Of a DNA stretch of 64,000 nucleotides, positions 13,187 through 26,386 are shown piece by piece. The notes below the pieces were generated by a model that ran no database searches, was not told the origin of the DNA, and saw only the letters and a list, made by a program, of their open reading frames with translations. A program made the translations under genes and the position numbers. Origin of the DNA: Paragordius varius (lineage: Eukaryota; Animalia; Nematomorpha); NCBI GenBank assembly GCA_964247055.1, contig OZ176055.1, positions 2,418,001-2,482,000 on the forward strand, given 5' to 3'. Position 1 is the stretch's first letter. Each line of letters starts with the position of its first letter.

Positions 13187-13609
13187 TAATATGAGGTTTG
13201 TTTTCCTAAAAATTGTAAAATTAAAAAAATAATAAAAATGACCAAATAAAAAAATCATGGTCATGACCTAGTTCATGACCCTTGGTCATTAACTAATGAG
13301 CATAACCCTAGTTGTTATACAATCTTTCGGGCCTGTCTCTCGGTTATTTTAAGTCTTTGTTTTACCATTCCAAAATTTATTGACGGTATTTATAAAGATG
13401 CACGGATATTTAAATAAAATAATACCCAATAGATCGCGTGTAAAAGTCTTGTCAATCAAATGAAATTTCAAAAATATAGGCTCAAAAACTCAATCTTTTT
13501 CCTTAAACATAGATTTCCTTATAAGTCATAATAGAGGTGAATTTGATTATCAAAAATCACCGGAAAATGAAAATCTACTTGGGGGTATTCAATCTTCGAA
13601 AAAGATAAT

Positions 13610-16240
13610 CTATATATTTATAAAAATGGAAAGTGGGGTAGACCCATAATTATTCAACCATCGAAAAATATAATCATAAATGAGTGCCCCGACTAAAGCT
13701 TCGCCCTTTTTTAAAATAGGCCCCCAGTTAGGGCCCACCCCGTATGAAAAACTGGTTTTTTAAAAACGCAAGTCCACAAAAATCATGTGATACAATTTTC
13801 CGGAAAACGTGTCGGACCATTCTTCAAAGATGATTTTTGTTAACTTTTTTTCGATTGCGCCGAACATAGTCGGCTCTCTTTTTTTAATTCAAGCCCTCTT
13901 TTAACCCGCTATCCCCGTAATTTGCCATTTTTTTTTCAAACAAAGACCACAAAAATAATTTTTTAAATCTATTTTTTTCCCAAGGTATGAGACCGTAAAA
14001 ATTCGATAAGGACCCCACATGTTTCCTGTTAATAAACAAAATTTTTATTCAAGCATTTCTTTGAGGATAGCTGCTGAGTAAGAAGCTACCCGCGAAAAAC
14101 TGACCCCTCATATTTTAATAGCGTGCTTTTGGGGCTAGATTTCAGAAAACCATCAGGCCATATGAGTTCAATAGCTGTTTAAAGTATTACCCGTAAGAGT
14201 TCAAAAATTTTAGTCGAGCGGATTTTTTGAATTAGCCGTTAAATAGCCCCTTTACACCCTAAAAATACGCTATGTTTTGAAGCCATTCTTCCATAAACTA
14301 TTAGGAATGAATGATGACAGGTATAAAGGCTAAATTTTTTATCTAATCACATTTTTTGGCCTCTGGGTAGGGGCCCGCTTACAACTGCGCCATCATATCG
14401 ATACAGCATGCCTTTGGAGCCAAATTTCAGAATATGAGACTCTATGAATTATTTTATAACTCGTGCCGCATAACAAAATTGCTTATAAAATCAAAAATAT
14501 ATTTAGCTCATTTCAAATAAAATTGTCTATCTCAATATTTAAACGAGACATCAAATGAATTAGATTTTATTGATTTTATATAGTTTATTGTTTTATTATT
14601 TATCTATCATATGTATAGGATATTAAAAAATATATGGATAATAAACATTAATGGTCCATATATTTATAAAAATGGAAAATGCTGGATTTGTGATTTGTTT
14701 ATGGAAAACCGGTAGTAGACCCATTCAAATCCAAATGTCGAAAAAAATATAATCATTAATAAAATGCCCCGACAATAGCTTGTCCCTTTTTTTAATTACG
14801 CTCCCAGTTTTGGCCCACCCCGTAAACGGTTTTTTTTAAACAGAAGTCCACAAAAATCTTGTCTTTGAGACAATTTTCCGGAAAATGTGTTAGGCCTTTT
14901 TTAATTTATAATATGATTAATATTTCCATTTTTTTGATTGCGCCGAACATAGTCGGCTCGCTTTTTTAATTTAGGCCCTTTATTTCTATTTTTCGCCCAA
15001 GGTATGAGACCATAAAAAGTTTATGAGGATTTCAGGTATTTCTATTAAAAGTCTACAACTTTAGTCGTGCGTTTTTTATATTGGCTGCTAGGTACCTGCT
15101 AAAAACTGCCCCGTCATATCGAAATAGCGTGCCTTTGGGGCTATTGAAAAAACCTATCAGGCTATATGAGTTTAATAGGTGCTTAAAATATTACCCTTAT
15201 CAATCCAAAAATTTAGGTATTGCGGTTTTAATTAGTCGTTAATTTTGCTCTTCATGCCCTAAAAACTGCGCTATCATAGAATAATTTTTTAGTTTTGAAG
15301 CAATTTTGCTAAAAATATTAAGAACATAAGTAATGAATGATGATTCCAGGTATACCCCTTAATGGCAATTTTTATCAAATGTCTTTTTTAAATTGGCCTC
15401 TGGGTAGTACCCGCTTAAAATTGCGCCACATATCGATACAGCGTCACTTTGAAGACAAATTTTAGAAAACTTATCTGGTATGAGTTGAATAAGGGCTTGA
15501 AATATTACCCGTAAAAAGGAAAATTTTAAGCGGTTTTATTAATTTTAGATTAATTAGGCCCTTGCCCTGAATAATGCGCCACGATAGAATGTTTGGTTTG
15601 AGGAAATTTTTCGAAAATCCCACGAGAGCATATGGAATCAATCATGATTCCAGGTATTAGCCAAATTAAAGCAAGAATTTTATTCGATCGTTTTTTGCTT
15701 CTAGCTTGGTTAGTCGGCTACCGTAAAACTGCATATCATATCGAAACGGCATGCTATCGGAGCCAAATTTTAGAAAACCTATGAGACTAATAGGAACATT
15801 TTGAAGCCATGATAATTCCAGATATTCCCACGCTTTTACGTTTGCCCTGGGTAAATGTCATCCGCCAAAAACTGCGAATCGCGCTGTTTTGGATTAAATT
15901 CAGGGAAAATTTATGAAGCCATATGAGCATTGAATGCTTGAAATATTACCCGTAACAAAATAAAAATTAAAGTCTTGCGTTTTTTATTAGCCGTTTGCCC
16001 TAAAAGCCATCATATACGATTGTTTACTGTTTAGGTATTTTTTCAAATAACCCATGATACGATGGTATTAAAGATGATTCCAAATATTTGTCCTATAAAG
16101 GCAAAGAATTTAACTCAGTGCTTTTTCCATATAGGTCTATGAATAGGGGTCTACTGGTTTAAAACTGAGACGCTATATGGCTTGGTTTTGAAGCTAATTT
16201 TCAAAAACTTAAGAAGCCATACGTGTTCAGTTTAACACAT
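13610..16240. repeat. Degenerate tandem array: about 150/300-bp subunits within a roughly 1.05-kb duplication
   Basis: The motif CCGC..AAAACTG..CATATCGA...TTTGG.GC.AAATTT.AGAAAAC recurs near 14087, 14375, 15092, 15408, 15720, 15863 and 16152. TATTACCCGTAA recurs near 14185, 15189, 15503 and 15945. 13610-14480 is repeated at 14655-15500. Related sequence lies at about 17170-17900. Confidence 0.7.
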
Positions 16241-16660
16241 TTATAAGAAATTTATATAATATCATTCTTTCCTTTAAAAAGGGACCACAAATGATTTATT
16301 TTTTATATCTCTTGATCTCAGCTGTGCTAAAACAATTTCAAAATAAAATTTTTAATCATAATTTTGTAAAAAAAATCTTAACTTCAATGATAATTGAATA
16401 TTAAGTTTAATAAGGGACAGTTTAAATATAGTCAATATCGAGTAAACAATATGTCAGCCTATGCAAAAACCCGTAAAAGAATAATTAAAGACATTCTTTT
16501 TATTAAATATGTTTTTTTATTTTTTTATCTCCATTACCTCTGTTTTTTGCAAATATTAAGAATAATATCGATGACACCACATCACAGCGAAGTGTAACAG
16601 GGCCAGCTAATATATTAATGAAATTAGTATTTATGTAGAGGCTAAATTGTCCATTAATAT

Positions 16661-16842
16661 GTATACAGTTTAGAGTCTTTTTTTCCTTTTTTATCAAAGG
16701 GTAAGGATTTAAATTGCAGCCGGACATGTGAAGAGGCTTTAACACTTGCCTGCCCAGGGCTGACACTGATGATGGTAAAATTGCGTCGGGGTTCGAACTC
16801 ATGCAATGCAGTCCGGCGCCCTGCATGCTATAATATCACGCC
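16661..16842 (-). mobile_element. tRNA-derived SINE (copy 1)
   Basis: The reverse complement reads GGCGTGAT...GGGCGCCGGACT...GAGTTCGAACCCCG (B-box-like), followed by the same body as the copy at 23626. Confidence 0.75.
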
Positions 16843-18924
16843 TCAATTGTCTATTTAAAGGCACATCAAATTTTTATCAATGTTGCTTTCTAATAACAAT
16901 TTTTGTATACGGTTGCAATAGAGTATATTCGATAGGAATGGCATTTGTTAAGTTTAATTCTTCCTAACAAAGGGCCGACTAGATAAACTAAACTATTAAT
17001 ATATCATAGTGTCATTAAATTTCGTTATTTCAAATTTTGAATTTCACCAAAAAAATATATATCTTGTCTCAAAGGCCGTGCACTACATAATACCGATAAA
17101 CACTTCATAGGTGTTTGGCACATTTGCAAATAATTTTTACTAAAATAAGTACATCAAATAAAAAAACTTAGAGTCACAAAAAAGCACTTTTAGGGTCGCT
17201 TATGGACCGTAGGCCGCGGTTTAAGTACCATTGTTGTAATATCTCATTTTTTGGCTTAAAATGGGAGAAATATTAAAAGAAAAATACGTCGCGCTAAACA
17301 GATAGGTAACAATTCAAATTCCAAACCCAAACTGCGCCTGCAATTAATCATTGTTAATTGTATCAGGTATAAACATATTTTTTACAAAGGCATCTACTAC
17401 CTAATTTACAAGGCACAGTAAAAAAATAACGTAGCTTAGGAGGTAAATTTTAATAAACTTTATGAGACCATAAAATGCATAAAGGGCTTGAGATATCCCG
17501 CATAAATTCAAAAATTAAGCTTTATATAATTAGCCGCAGGTCTGGAAAATGCGTCACCCTAGATATATTTTGGCTTTAAACCGATACCCGAAAAACCCAA
17601 AAGAGCACGAATAATTAATAATGGTTTCAAAAATTCCATGTATAAAGGCAATTTTTGATGAGCGTTTTATTCCAATATGCGTTGGGTAAAGTCCCACATT
17701 GTATAATATGCCTAAAAAAATAATTAAATTAAGCAGGTTTTTGAACTCATTGAGCCATATGGAATCAAAAATGGGTCTGGATATTTCCTATATGAAGCAT
17801 AGCCTCTTTTTGAATGATGCTGGATAGGCCGTAGTCTTTAAAATGTGCTTGCCACCTCGTGAAAATAATTGGCTTTTAGGTGTGAACCATGATAACCTAT
17901 ATAAAATGACTAATTTTCTATAAAATCAATATTGTTATTTAGATTTTTTATATCGGCATATTTTATGGTACGAATAAAAAAATAGCTTGGATGGAAGAGA
18001 ATATATGTGTTTGTATAAGTGGAACAACATTAGTAATTACTGATATCATATTTGGCTGAAGGGTTTTTTAATAGACCATTGATAGATTTTATATAATACA
18101 TATTTGTTATATGCTTTGATGTAATTGGTAAGATGCTAAAAGATATCTAGGATCCAGGTACAACCTTAAACCACAAACTAAGGCATATTTTTAACCGTAT
18201 TTACAAATTAAATTTTTGAAGTTGGAGCGGCCCTATTTTACAATTATATATTTGAATCTATAGGGAATGTGCAATATAAAATATTTATGCACTAAATATA
18301 TAGAAAGTTTCGTCAAAAATGATTACATTCTCATTTTTTATTAACCTAAAGGCAACAATTTAGTTAAAACTGGTGGATGGCTAAATTCAAGTTTTAACAA
18401 TATTTTTTGCCCTTTTTATCCCTCACCCTATATTTTAAACCCAAATACTATAACCACCAATTTACAATATTTTGCGCGATCATTTTAATAACTTACGATG
18501 ACTGGAAAATACCAAAACCATAAGCACCATGGAAACCTAAATCATTCTAGATACTCTCCTCACAAAAGGTATCCTAATAACATATATATATTCTGATAAA
18601 TTGAATCGAAATTCTCATGGTACTTTGGTTTTATATTTTTAAATCATTTTTTTTTCAAAAACACAAATTATAACTTAAATTTATCGACAAACAAATCTTT
18701 TTACAAAAATCTGAGCTGATAGAAATGTTCAGCATCATCGAATCATATATAAAAGGTTTTATATGTTTAACGTGTAACCGTTTCCCTTGTGCTTCATAAA
18801 ACTTTCTTCGCAAAAGTTTTATTGTAAATTAAATAAATTTTCAATCAAAGTATCCATTTTTCGGAATTTTTTTTATTTCAATATATAAATATTTTGCAAA
18901 ATCCTGGAATTTTAGCATATATTT

Positions 18925-19955
18925 AAATTCAAATTGTGGTACATAAATACCCCATTGTATTTTTTCATTAATATTTTTTAAAATCTACTGAAAGAAACGG
19001 TTCTAATTTAAATATATGATTCCTTATAAATACGCCAAGCTAAAAAAATATATTAAAAAAATTTCATTTCAAACTACTTTGGCCCTATTTTACTTTTTAA
19101 ACATTTTTGCAAAATATCGTGTTTAGATTCTAAGGCAGTTACCTCTTTTCGTAAAATCATAACAGTAATATAAACAGAAAAGATGGTATATTTGCATTAT
19201 TTTTTAATTTAACTTATGACGTCATGTAGACTAGGTTTTTATTGGGTTTTACCTCAAGTAATTCAAGAGTATTTTCGAATAAATTTTCTATTATATTTCG
19301 GCTCACAAATATTATATAATTAAATTTTGCCATGATTACAATTTATATTATTTTTTTAAAATATTTTTTGAACGCCTAGGGTATTAAACTACCCCAATTT
19401 GAATTGAGGGCCTGAAATGAAGTTGTATTATAATACCATTCTTCAAATTGGATTGATTAATAACCCCAGGCCATGTTTTAATTGTTATAATTAAAAAATT
19501 AGTCAAAAAGCGGTTGGAAATTATTCTGCTATACACTTCTCAAATTGTGGCAACTACTCACCCCAGGCAATATAGGATTATTGTTTAAAAATCCTGAGTA
19601 AAACGGTTTAAATTTAATTTTATGTGTCTATTCTAATAAAAATGTAAAAGAAAAAGGAATATCTAAATAAAATTTAATTTAAAAAAGTATCATGAAAAAC
19701 TGTTGTGACGCCATTCTTTTTATTTAGGCAAAATTTTGTATTTTTAAATTAATGCTAGAGTTAATTTTTATTATGCATCTTACCACAGAAAAGTGGTCTG
19801 CATCATTTTTATATTTAGATGATGCGCATATGTCATGTGGGCTAAATTTTTACCTTTAAGTTTATAAACAAATTTGAGGTTCTTAAATTTTTTTTTATAT
19901 TTTCATGGATTCATGTTATAAAAGATTTTTACAGTGGTTGTAATTAATTTCTTTT
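18925..19955. mobile_element. Two older, degenerate tandem copies of the TTAA-type MITE
   Basis: Units at about 18925-19430 and 19534-19955 align motif by motif with 19960-20536 (caaattg(t/g)ggta..aaatacccca, aaacggt, caaactactt, ttttgcaaaatatcgt). Confidence 0.65.
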
Positions 19956-19959
19956 TTAA

Positions 19960-20536
19960 CATTTCAATTCAAATTGGGGTATCTAAATACCCCAGACCAA
20001 ATTTAATTTAAAAATTTTAAAAAAAATACTGAAGGAAACGGTCCAAATTTTATGCTTCTATCCTGATAATTATTATATAAAGATGCCAAAATATATTGAT
20101 AAATTTTATTTTTAAAAAAAATTTCCATCTCAAACTACTTCGACGCCATTTTTATTTTACAAAAATTTTGCAAAATATCGTCTCCATTTAATTTTAAGGG
20201 TAAAACTAAAGTTTATTTTTTATATAAATTACATCTAACATTGATAGATATAGAAAAAGCGGTTTATTTTGTATGATTTTTTAATTTTACAATTTGACAC
20301 ATGTCACGTTGACTAAATTTTTACCTTTCAGTTTTAGCTCAAAATAAGTAATATCAAGTTTTTTTGAATAAATTTTTTTATATATTTCGGTTTATTAATG
20401 TTATATAAGTGCAAAATTTTGCCATGGTTTCGATTGCTTACATACTTTTTAAAGAATTTGATTTTAAACAGGCCTGGGGTATCCAACTACCCCAATTTGA
20501 ATCGAAGGACTAAAATGAGTGTGTTGTATCCAAGTG
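19960..20536. mobile_element. piggyBac-like MITE, 577 bp, TTAA on both sides
   Basis: ttaa|CATTT...AAGTG|ttaa, with subterminal inverted repeat TTCAAATTGGGGTATCTAAATACCCCAG / CTGGGGTATCCAACTACCCAATTTGAA. Near-identical copy at 59760-60338. Confidence 0.75.
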
Positions 20537-20939
20537 TTAAATATCTAATTTCAAATAGCCTAGTTAGTACGAATTAAAATTTTTTGTTAATTATGAATAT
20601 TATCTATACTTATTAGTATTTTATTACCAAATTAACAACCCTAAATTTTTTTACAACATCACTAATTTGATGCATATATTATCTACTTGATAACCACCTG
20701 ATGTATGTATGTATAACTACATCTTTCTCAAATAACATGTCATTTTTAAAAGGTTGGGTTGTTTGGCCGAATATGGTTGGGAGGACATTATATTGTATTC
20801 TTTAAAGTATTAAACCTCATTATATTTTATTTTTTATGTTTTTATCGCATATAAATAATATTTATATAATTTCATAAATATGTTTATTACAACTAGCTAA
20901 TCAAGGCTATCATATTTTAACATTCTATTCTTACAACAA

Positions 20940-23900
20940 ATGACCATAAATCCTTTCCATAGCAATAGCATTTGCTTATCGTTATTTTTCCTAATAAATA
21001 TTTTTACATCGCATGGTTTACAAATTTGTAATCGGAATGTTGAAATTAATCTCAATTCCATGGATATATTTTGTGAAAAAATTCATGGAAACCTAATCAT
21101 ATCAGAACTTAATAATAATATGCCTGCACTCTCCAGTCTAAATTATATTCAAGAGGTTACTGGTTACATATCTATACGCAATGTGACAAAAAATATACTT
21201 ACTTTCCCCAATCTTAAATTCATAAATGGCCATGATACCATTCAAGGATATTCTCTTTATATCAAAGATAATTACCAAGAAAATTACAATACTATAATTG
21301 GATTGCAGTACGTTGAATTTCCTAAGTTGATTGAGATATCGCATGGGAATGTATTGTTTGCTAATAATAAAGCACTCTGTAAAGATTATGCAAAATCCAT
21401 TTTGTGGAACGATGTATGGTCCAAAGAAATAACGTTTAATTTGCAATCGATTGCCTCTTACAATAATATGGATGGTTTTGCGCCATCTAGCGTTTGTAGG
21501 CAAAGTACATCATGCCCTAAAGGGTGTACACCACCTCACATTATGTACGAATTGGATTCTTATGCTAAACCCAGCATATATATGAAACATTTAGTTTTGG
21601 ATCAACCACAACGTTATAACGCATCCTTTTTTCCGGAAATATTATCGGATAATTCTGTGGCCGTTAAAAACTTTGTGGGTTGGTGTTGGTCCCCCGACAC
21701 ATGTCAACGCATAACACATGAGGGCTGTAACATGGAATGTTTTGCTAATCGATGTATTGGCCCTAACCCGCGACAATGTTGCAATGCACAGTGTCGCGGT
21801 CTTTGTACCAACCCCGCCGCAAATTATTTTGATAATAGCTTTGAGGAGACTTCATTAAATCATCTTAGAACATTGGCATGTGATGAACACGGTTGCCAAA
21901 AATATGTTTCACTTACACCCCAAATCCCTGTACTTAAGCGTTTGTTGTTTGATAAAACACTTGATCATACTCACGTAGCAGCGCATTTTTATGAACGGAC
22001 CTGTGTTACACATTGTATTCAACAGGCCGACGCTTCTGCTCAAAGAAATATCTTTCACCATGAAATAAATACTTCCCCTGCCCCATCAAATGATATGACG
22101 GATGTGTTTTCCAGTTTTGCCACAAGGCTATACCTGTATAAACATACCACAACGTTGAATCAAACATACTGTATTAATAATTATTGCCCTAGTCCGACAT
22201 TCATGAAGCTTCAAACGTTTCAATGTGTGGACACTTGTTATGACCCTAATGCGTATCAGGCTCAATTATCTTCCTACATTTCAACTCATGTTGAAGTTAA
22301 AAAATTGAAAAATACTTCTGTCAGAATATCACTCATTGTAACACCCAATTATTGTCAACCGTGTATTGTGAAAGGACACTCAAAAAGTGCCTATTTAAAG
22401 CGTTGTAGAAAAGTTTGTACCGCATCGGTTATCTTTAAAGAAGAAGGATGCGAAATACTGCTAGGAAATTTAGTCATAAATCAATCGGTCCTAATGAAAA
22501 TGTTAAAAATACGCGAAGTTACTGATATTAGCTCCGGACAATTGACAAAATGGTTGGGGAAAATTGAACTAATCACTGGTTACCTTCATATATCAGGTCG
22601 GTAATGTAAGCTTACTTATATATATATATATATATAAACATGTTTGCTTTTAAATACGTTTTTTTTATGTTTTCTTCACTATCCACAATGCCTTTTTTAC
22701 TAAACATTTGACTCTTTACAATACTTTTTATTCCAAAGTCCTTTACAGTATAATCTTCACTTTTTTAAATATGAAAATAATGGTTTAATCTCAATTTAAT
22801 TGAAAATATTTTACCAATAAAACATTTTATACCATTAATATGTCTTTTTAGATCTCCCGAAAAACATTGATTCTCTTGCCTTTTTCTCAGCGCTCGAAGA
22901 AATACGTGGTTTAAATTTAGATTCTATAACACCTCTTTTATCCATAAATAATACCTCAATCCGTTCATTATCCATGTCACGACTAAAATTTTTGGGACCA
23001 AGTTACGTTGTTATAACAAATAATCCCAACCTTTGTGCTTATGAATTGACGGTTGATTGGGAACATTTACGGAACGTTCATAATATAGGTAGGTTATTTT
23101 TTTATTCTTTACTATATTACAGTATGCATTTTAATGGGTGCTGCTAATTTACACAATAGTATGGCAATTTGCAACACAGGAGAGTGTATGGAAAAAGAAA
23201 GGACTTTCTCTTTTTTGCCTTTTTTCCCATATACTATTGTGTTGCAATTGCCCAATTATAGTTGAAATAAGCCAACATTAAAATGCATACTATATTTAAA
23301 ATGTAAGTAATATAGTTTAAAAAGTTAATTTAAGGATATATATAGTTTTTAGTTTCGGAGTATCAACGTTTATGTTGATTTTATTGGGTTTATTAGTTTA
23401 AAATATTACGTTCTCCAATTATTGTTTTTTAAATAACTTAAATATCTAAAATTTAACGTATTTTATTTATATATAAAAATAATATTTAATTCTAACCATT
23501 TAATTTTTACAGAAATAAAATTACATAATAACTTTTTGCTTTTTATCAATCTGAAATGCCTGAAACAAAATTGAGACATAATCTTTAAAGATATGTAATT
23601 TTTAACTTTTTGATCACTAGATGAAGGCGTGATGGTATTGTAGGTAGGGCGCCGGACTCTCACACTGTGTGCCTGAGTTCGAACCCCGAAACTACGCATT
23701 TTTTCCATCATCACTGTCAGCCCTGGGCAGGCGAGTAATGCCTTTACATGTCCGGATACAATATTTATTTCATAAAAAAGGAAAAAAGAGACTCTAAACT
23801 GTATATACTTTTTTATTTTTTTAAACTAGATATTTATATATCATATCATTTGCCCTTTTTCCTATTTTATAGTTAATCCCATTTCTCATAACAATTCCTT

Positions 23901-26342
23901 CATACAAATGAACAATGGGAATTCTAAGGTTTGTGGTACACGCTCAATGTTTAAATATTCTTCGACTTGCCATAAAGAATGCTTGAATTCGGTTGGTTGT
24001 TGGAAAACTAAAGCTTCAGATATGTGTATTGCATGTAAAAAATATCTCCTCCTTTTATTATCGTCTGATACAAATTACTCAAATTTTACCGCACAATGTG
24101 TATCAGACTGTCCAATAGATTCTGGGTAATATTTATGGTTGTATTATAGTGTGAAAATTAATTATTCTACAGTAAAAATGGAAATTCGGACAAAACGTGA
24201 AAATATAAAGACAAATATTTTTTTTAAAAGATAACCATACTTTTTAATCTTGATTTTTTTTATTATAATTCATTGTTTTGAATTACACATATAATATAGA
24301 AATGTAAATTGGTAACACACATGTATTTTACAATTGTAATTAAATGTTATTTATAGGATAAAATAAGTTTTAAAAGGTATGGCTGTCTTTTGAAAAAAAA
24401 TAATCTTTATATTTTTACATTTTGTCCGTATAATTTTAAATTTTACTGCACAATATTTAATTTAATACTTTTTTAAGTCCTATATTGGATTTTTTAGTAA
24501 TTTGTATAAATAGCAATACAATTACAAGATATGTTTCTTACTATCCGCATAATATTCGTTTTTACGAAAGTTTGACATTTTAAATTTTTTAAATGCATAT
24601 TCTATTGCTAATATATAAAATTTTTATCATATACCATTTACACCTCAAATTCACCTTGGAACGTTCAAATTCACCCTTGAACAATTCAAATTCGCCCTAA
24701 AATAAATTATGTGTTAGTTTAACTATATTTTTTAAAAAAAGAAATTTTGCTTGAAAACATAATTAAATTAAACTATGCCATAAAGATATATTTCATATTA
24801 ATAATAAGTTCTGTTAATCTCAAAACGCTAATTTATTTTTAGGGTGTATTTAACTTGTACGGTGAATTTGAAGTCTTTAAGAATGAATATCATGTGTTTA
24901 AGGGCGAATTGCAAATATATACAACGATATCTCTCCTTTCATTGCATAACATATTTATATTCGGTAGATATTTTTTGACCTCAAAACACACAATTTTAAC
25001 GGAATTGGGTATTAGAGAAAGTAGTATACCCACATCTCAAGCTGGTTATTGCATAAAGTGTCACCAAATTTGCCAGTCATGTCAGGGTCCGAAAGAAACA
25101 GATTGTACAAAATGCAAATATAAAAATATAAAGGAAAAAGAGTTCTCTAAAAACTCCAACGATTTAACAAACACAAATGAATTAAAATGCCTTAAAAGCT
25201 GTCCACCCGCTACTTTTTATAATTTTTCCCAGCAATCCAACGCGATGGGTCAATGTGTTCCTTGTCATCCTTTTTGTCAAACGTATATAAACAACGTTTT
25301 TTTTTGAAAATATTATTAAATTTTAATTTTTTTAATATAATTTTATTTTTATTATTATTGGAAAGTATAAAAATTTATTTTGGTTTTTGAATTATTTTTA
25401 GCTGTCTCGGATTTGATAGATTAAATTTTTGAAATTTTTAATATTTTATTTATTAATTTTTTGTATATTAAAATCATTTTTTGAGTTATATTGTTTTTTT
25501 TGAAAATTTTTATCTATGCACCTTATTTCAAAATTTTTCTATTTTTTAGATGTACCGGATATGGAAAAGTTTTATCTGATGATCAATGTCAAAAGTGTCG
25601 ATGGGGAGAGAAGCGAGATAATATATCAAATTTAACTGTAAGTATAGTAATAATGATTAAAAATTTAGTTTGACTTTATATTTTTTTGATTATTATGTAA
25701 ATGACAACCGTTAATCAAATTTATTAAAAGAAATATTTTTATCTGGAATAAAGATTAAATGATTACATAATTATTTATTACTTTAATTATCAAATAATAA
25801 CTTTAATATCGGTTCAATAATTAATTTAGCCTTATTACATACTCTTAATAGTACTTAATCAATTTTTATTTTCCTAGTTTAAATCTAAATTTTTATTATT
25901 TTAGACCTGTTTAGCTCAAAATGAAAAATGTGATCCAGGCTTTTACACCACTTCTTCCCCACAAAATTCCAACTTGGTATGATGATTTTTTATATCATAT
26001 TTAAATTTTTATATATTATAGTTGTTGCGTATTTGTCTTAAAATTAACTATTTTAAAATAAGATTTGTGTCAAATATTTTAAATAACGCTAAATATTTAA
26101 ATTTTAATAGCTATATTTTTTCTTATAAAATTTCAAAAGCCTTTTTTACCCCAGGTCATATGTCAAAGTTGTCATTCATTATGCTCTACCTGTATTGATG
26201 CCTCCCCTTTCTGTACCTCTTGTAAATACAAAAGCTTGAAACCACTGATTTCTACACATCAAACATTTTTACCCAAAACACATCGTCCTGTTTGTGTTAA
26301 AGAATGTCCTGCGTTTTATTTTAACGAGTAAATTTAATGGAA

Positions 26343-26386
<44 letters not shown>

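Noticed and set aside
10270-13316. CTAGGGTT / AACCCTAG pair suggesting a hAT element enclosing the foldback
   Set aside because: Only 8 bp match and there is no 8-bp TSD.
23626-23690. Functional tRNA-Glu gene
   Set aside because: The acceptor and D stems do not pair properly, and the sequence continues into a body shared with a diverged second copy, so it is a SINE.
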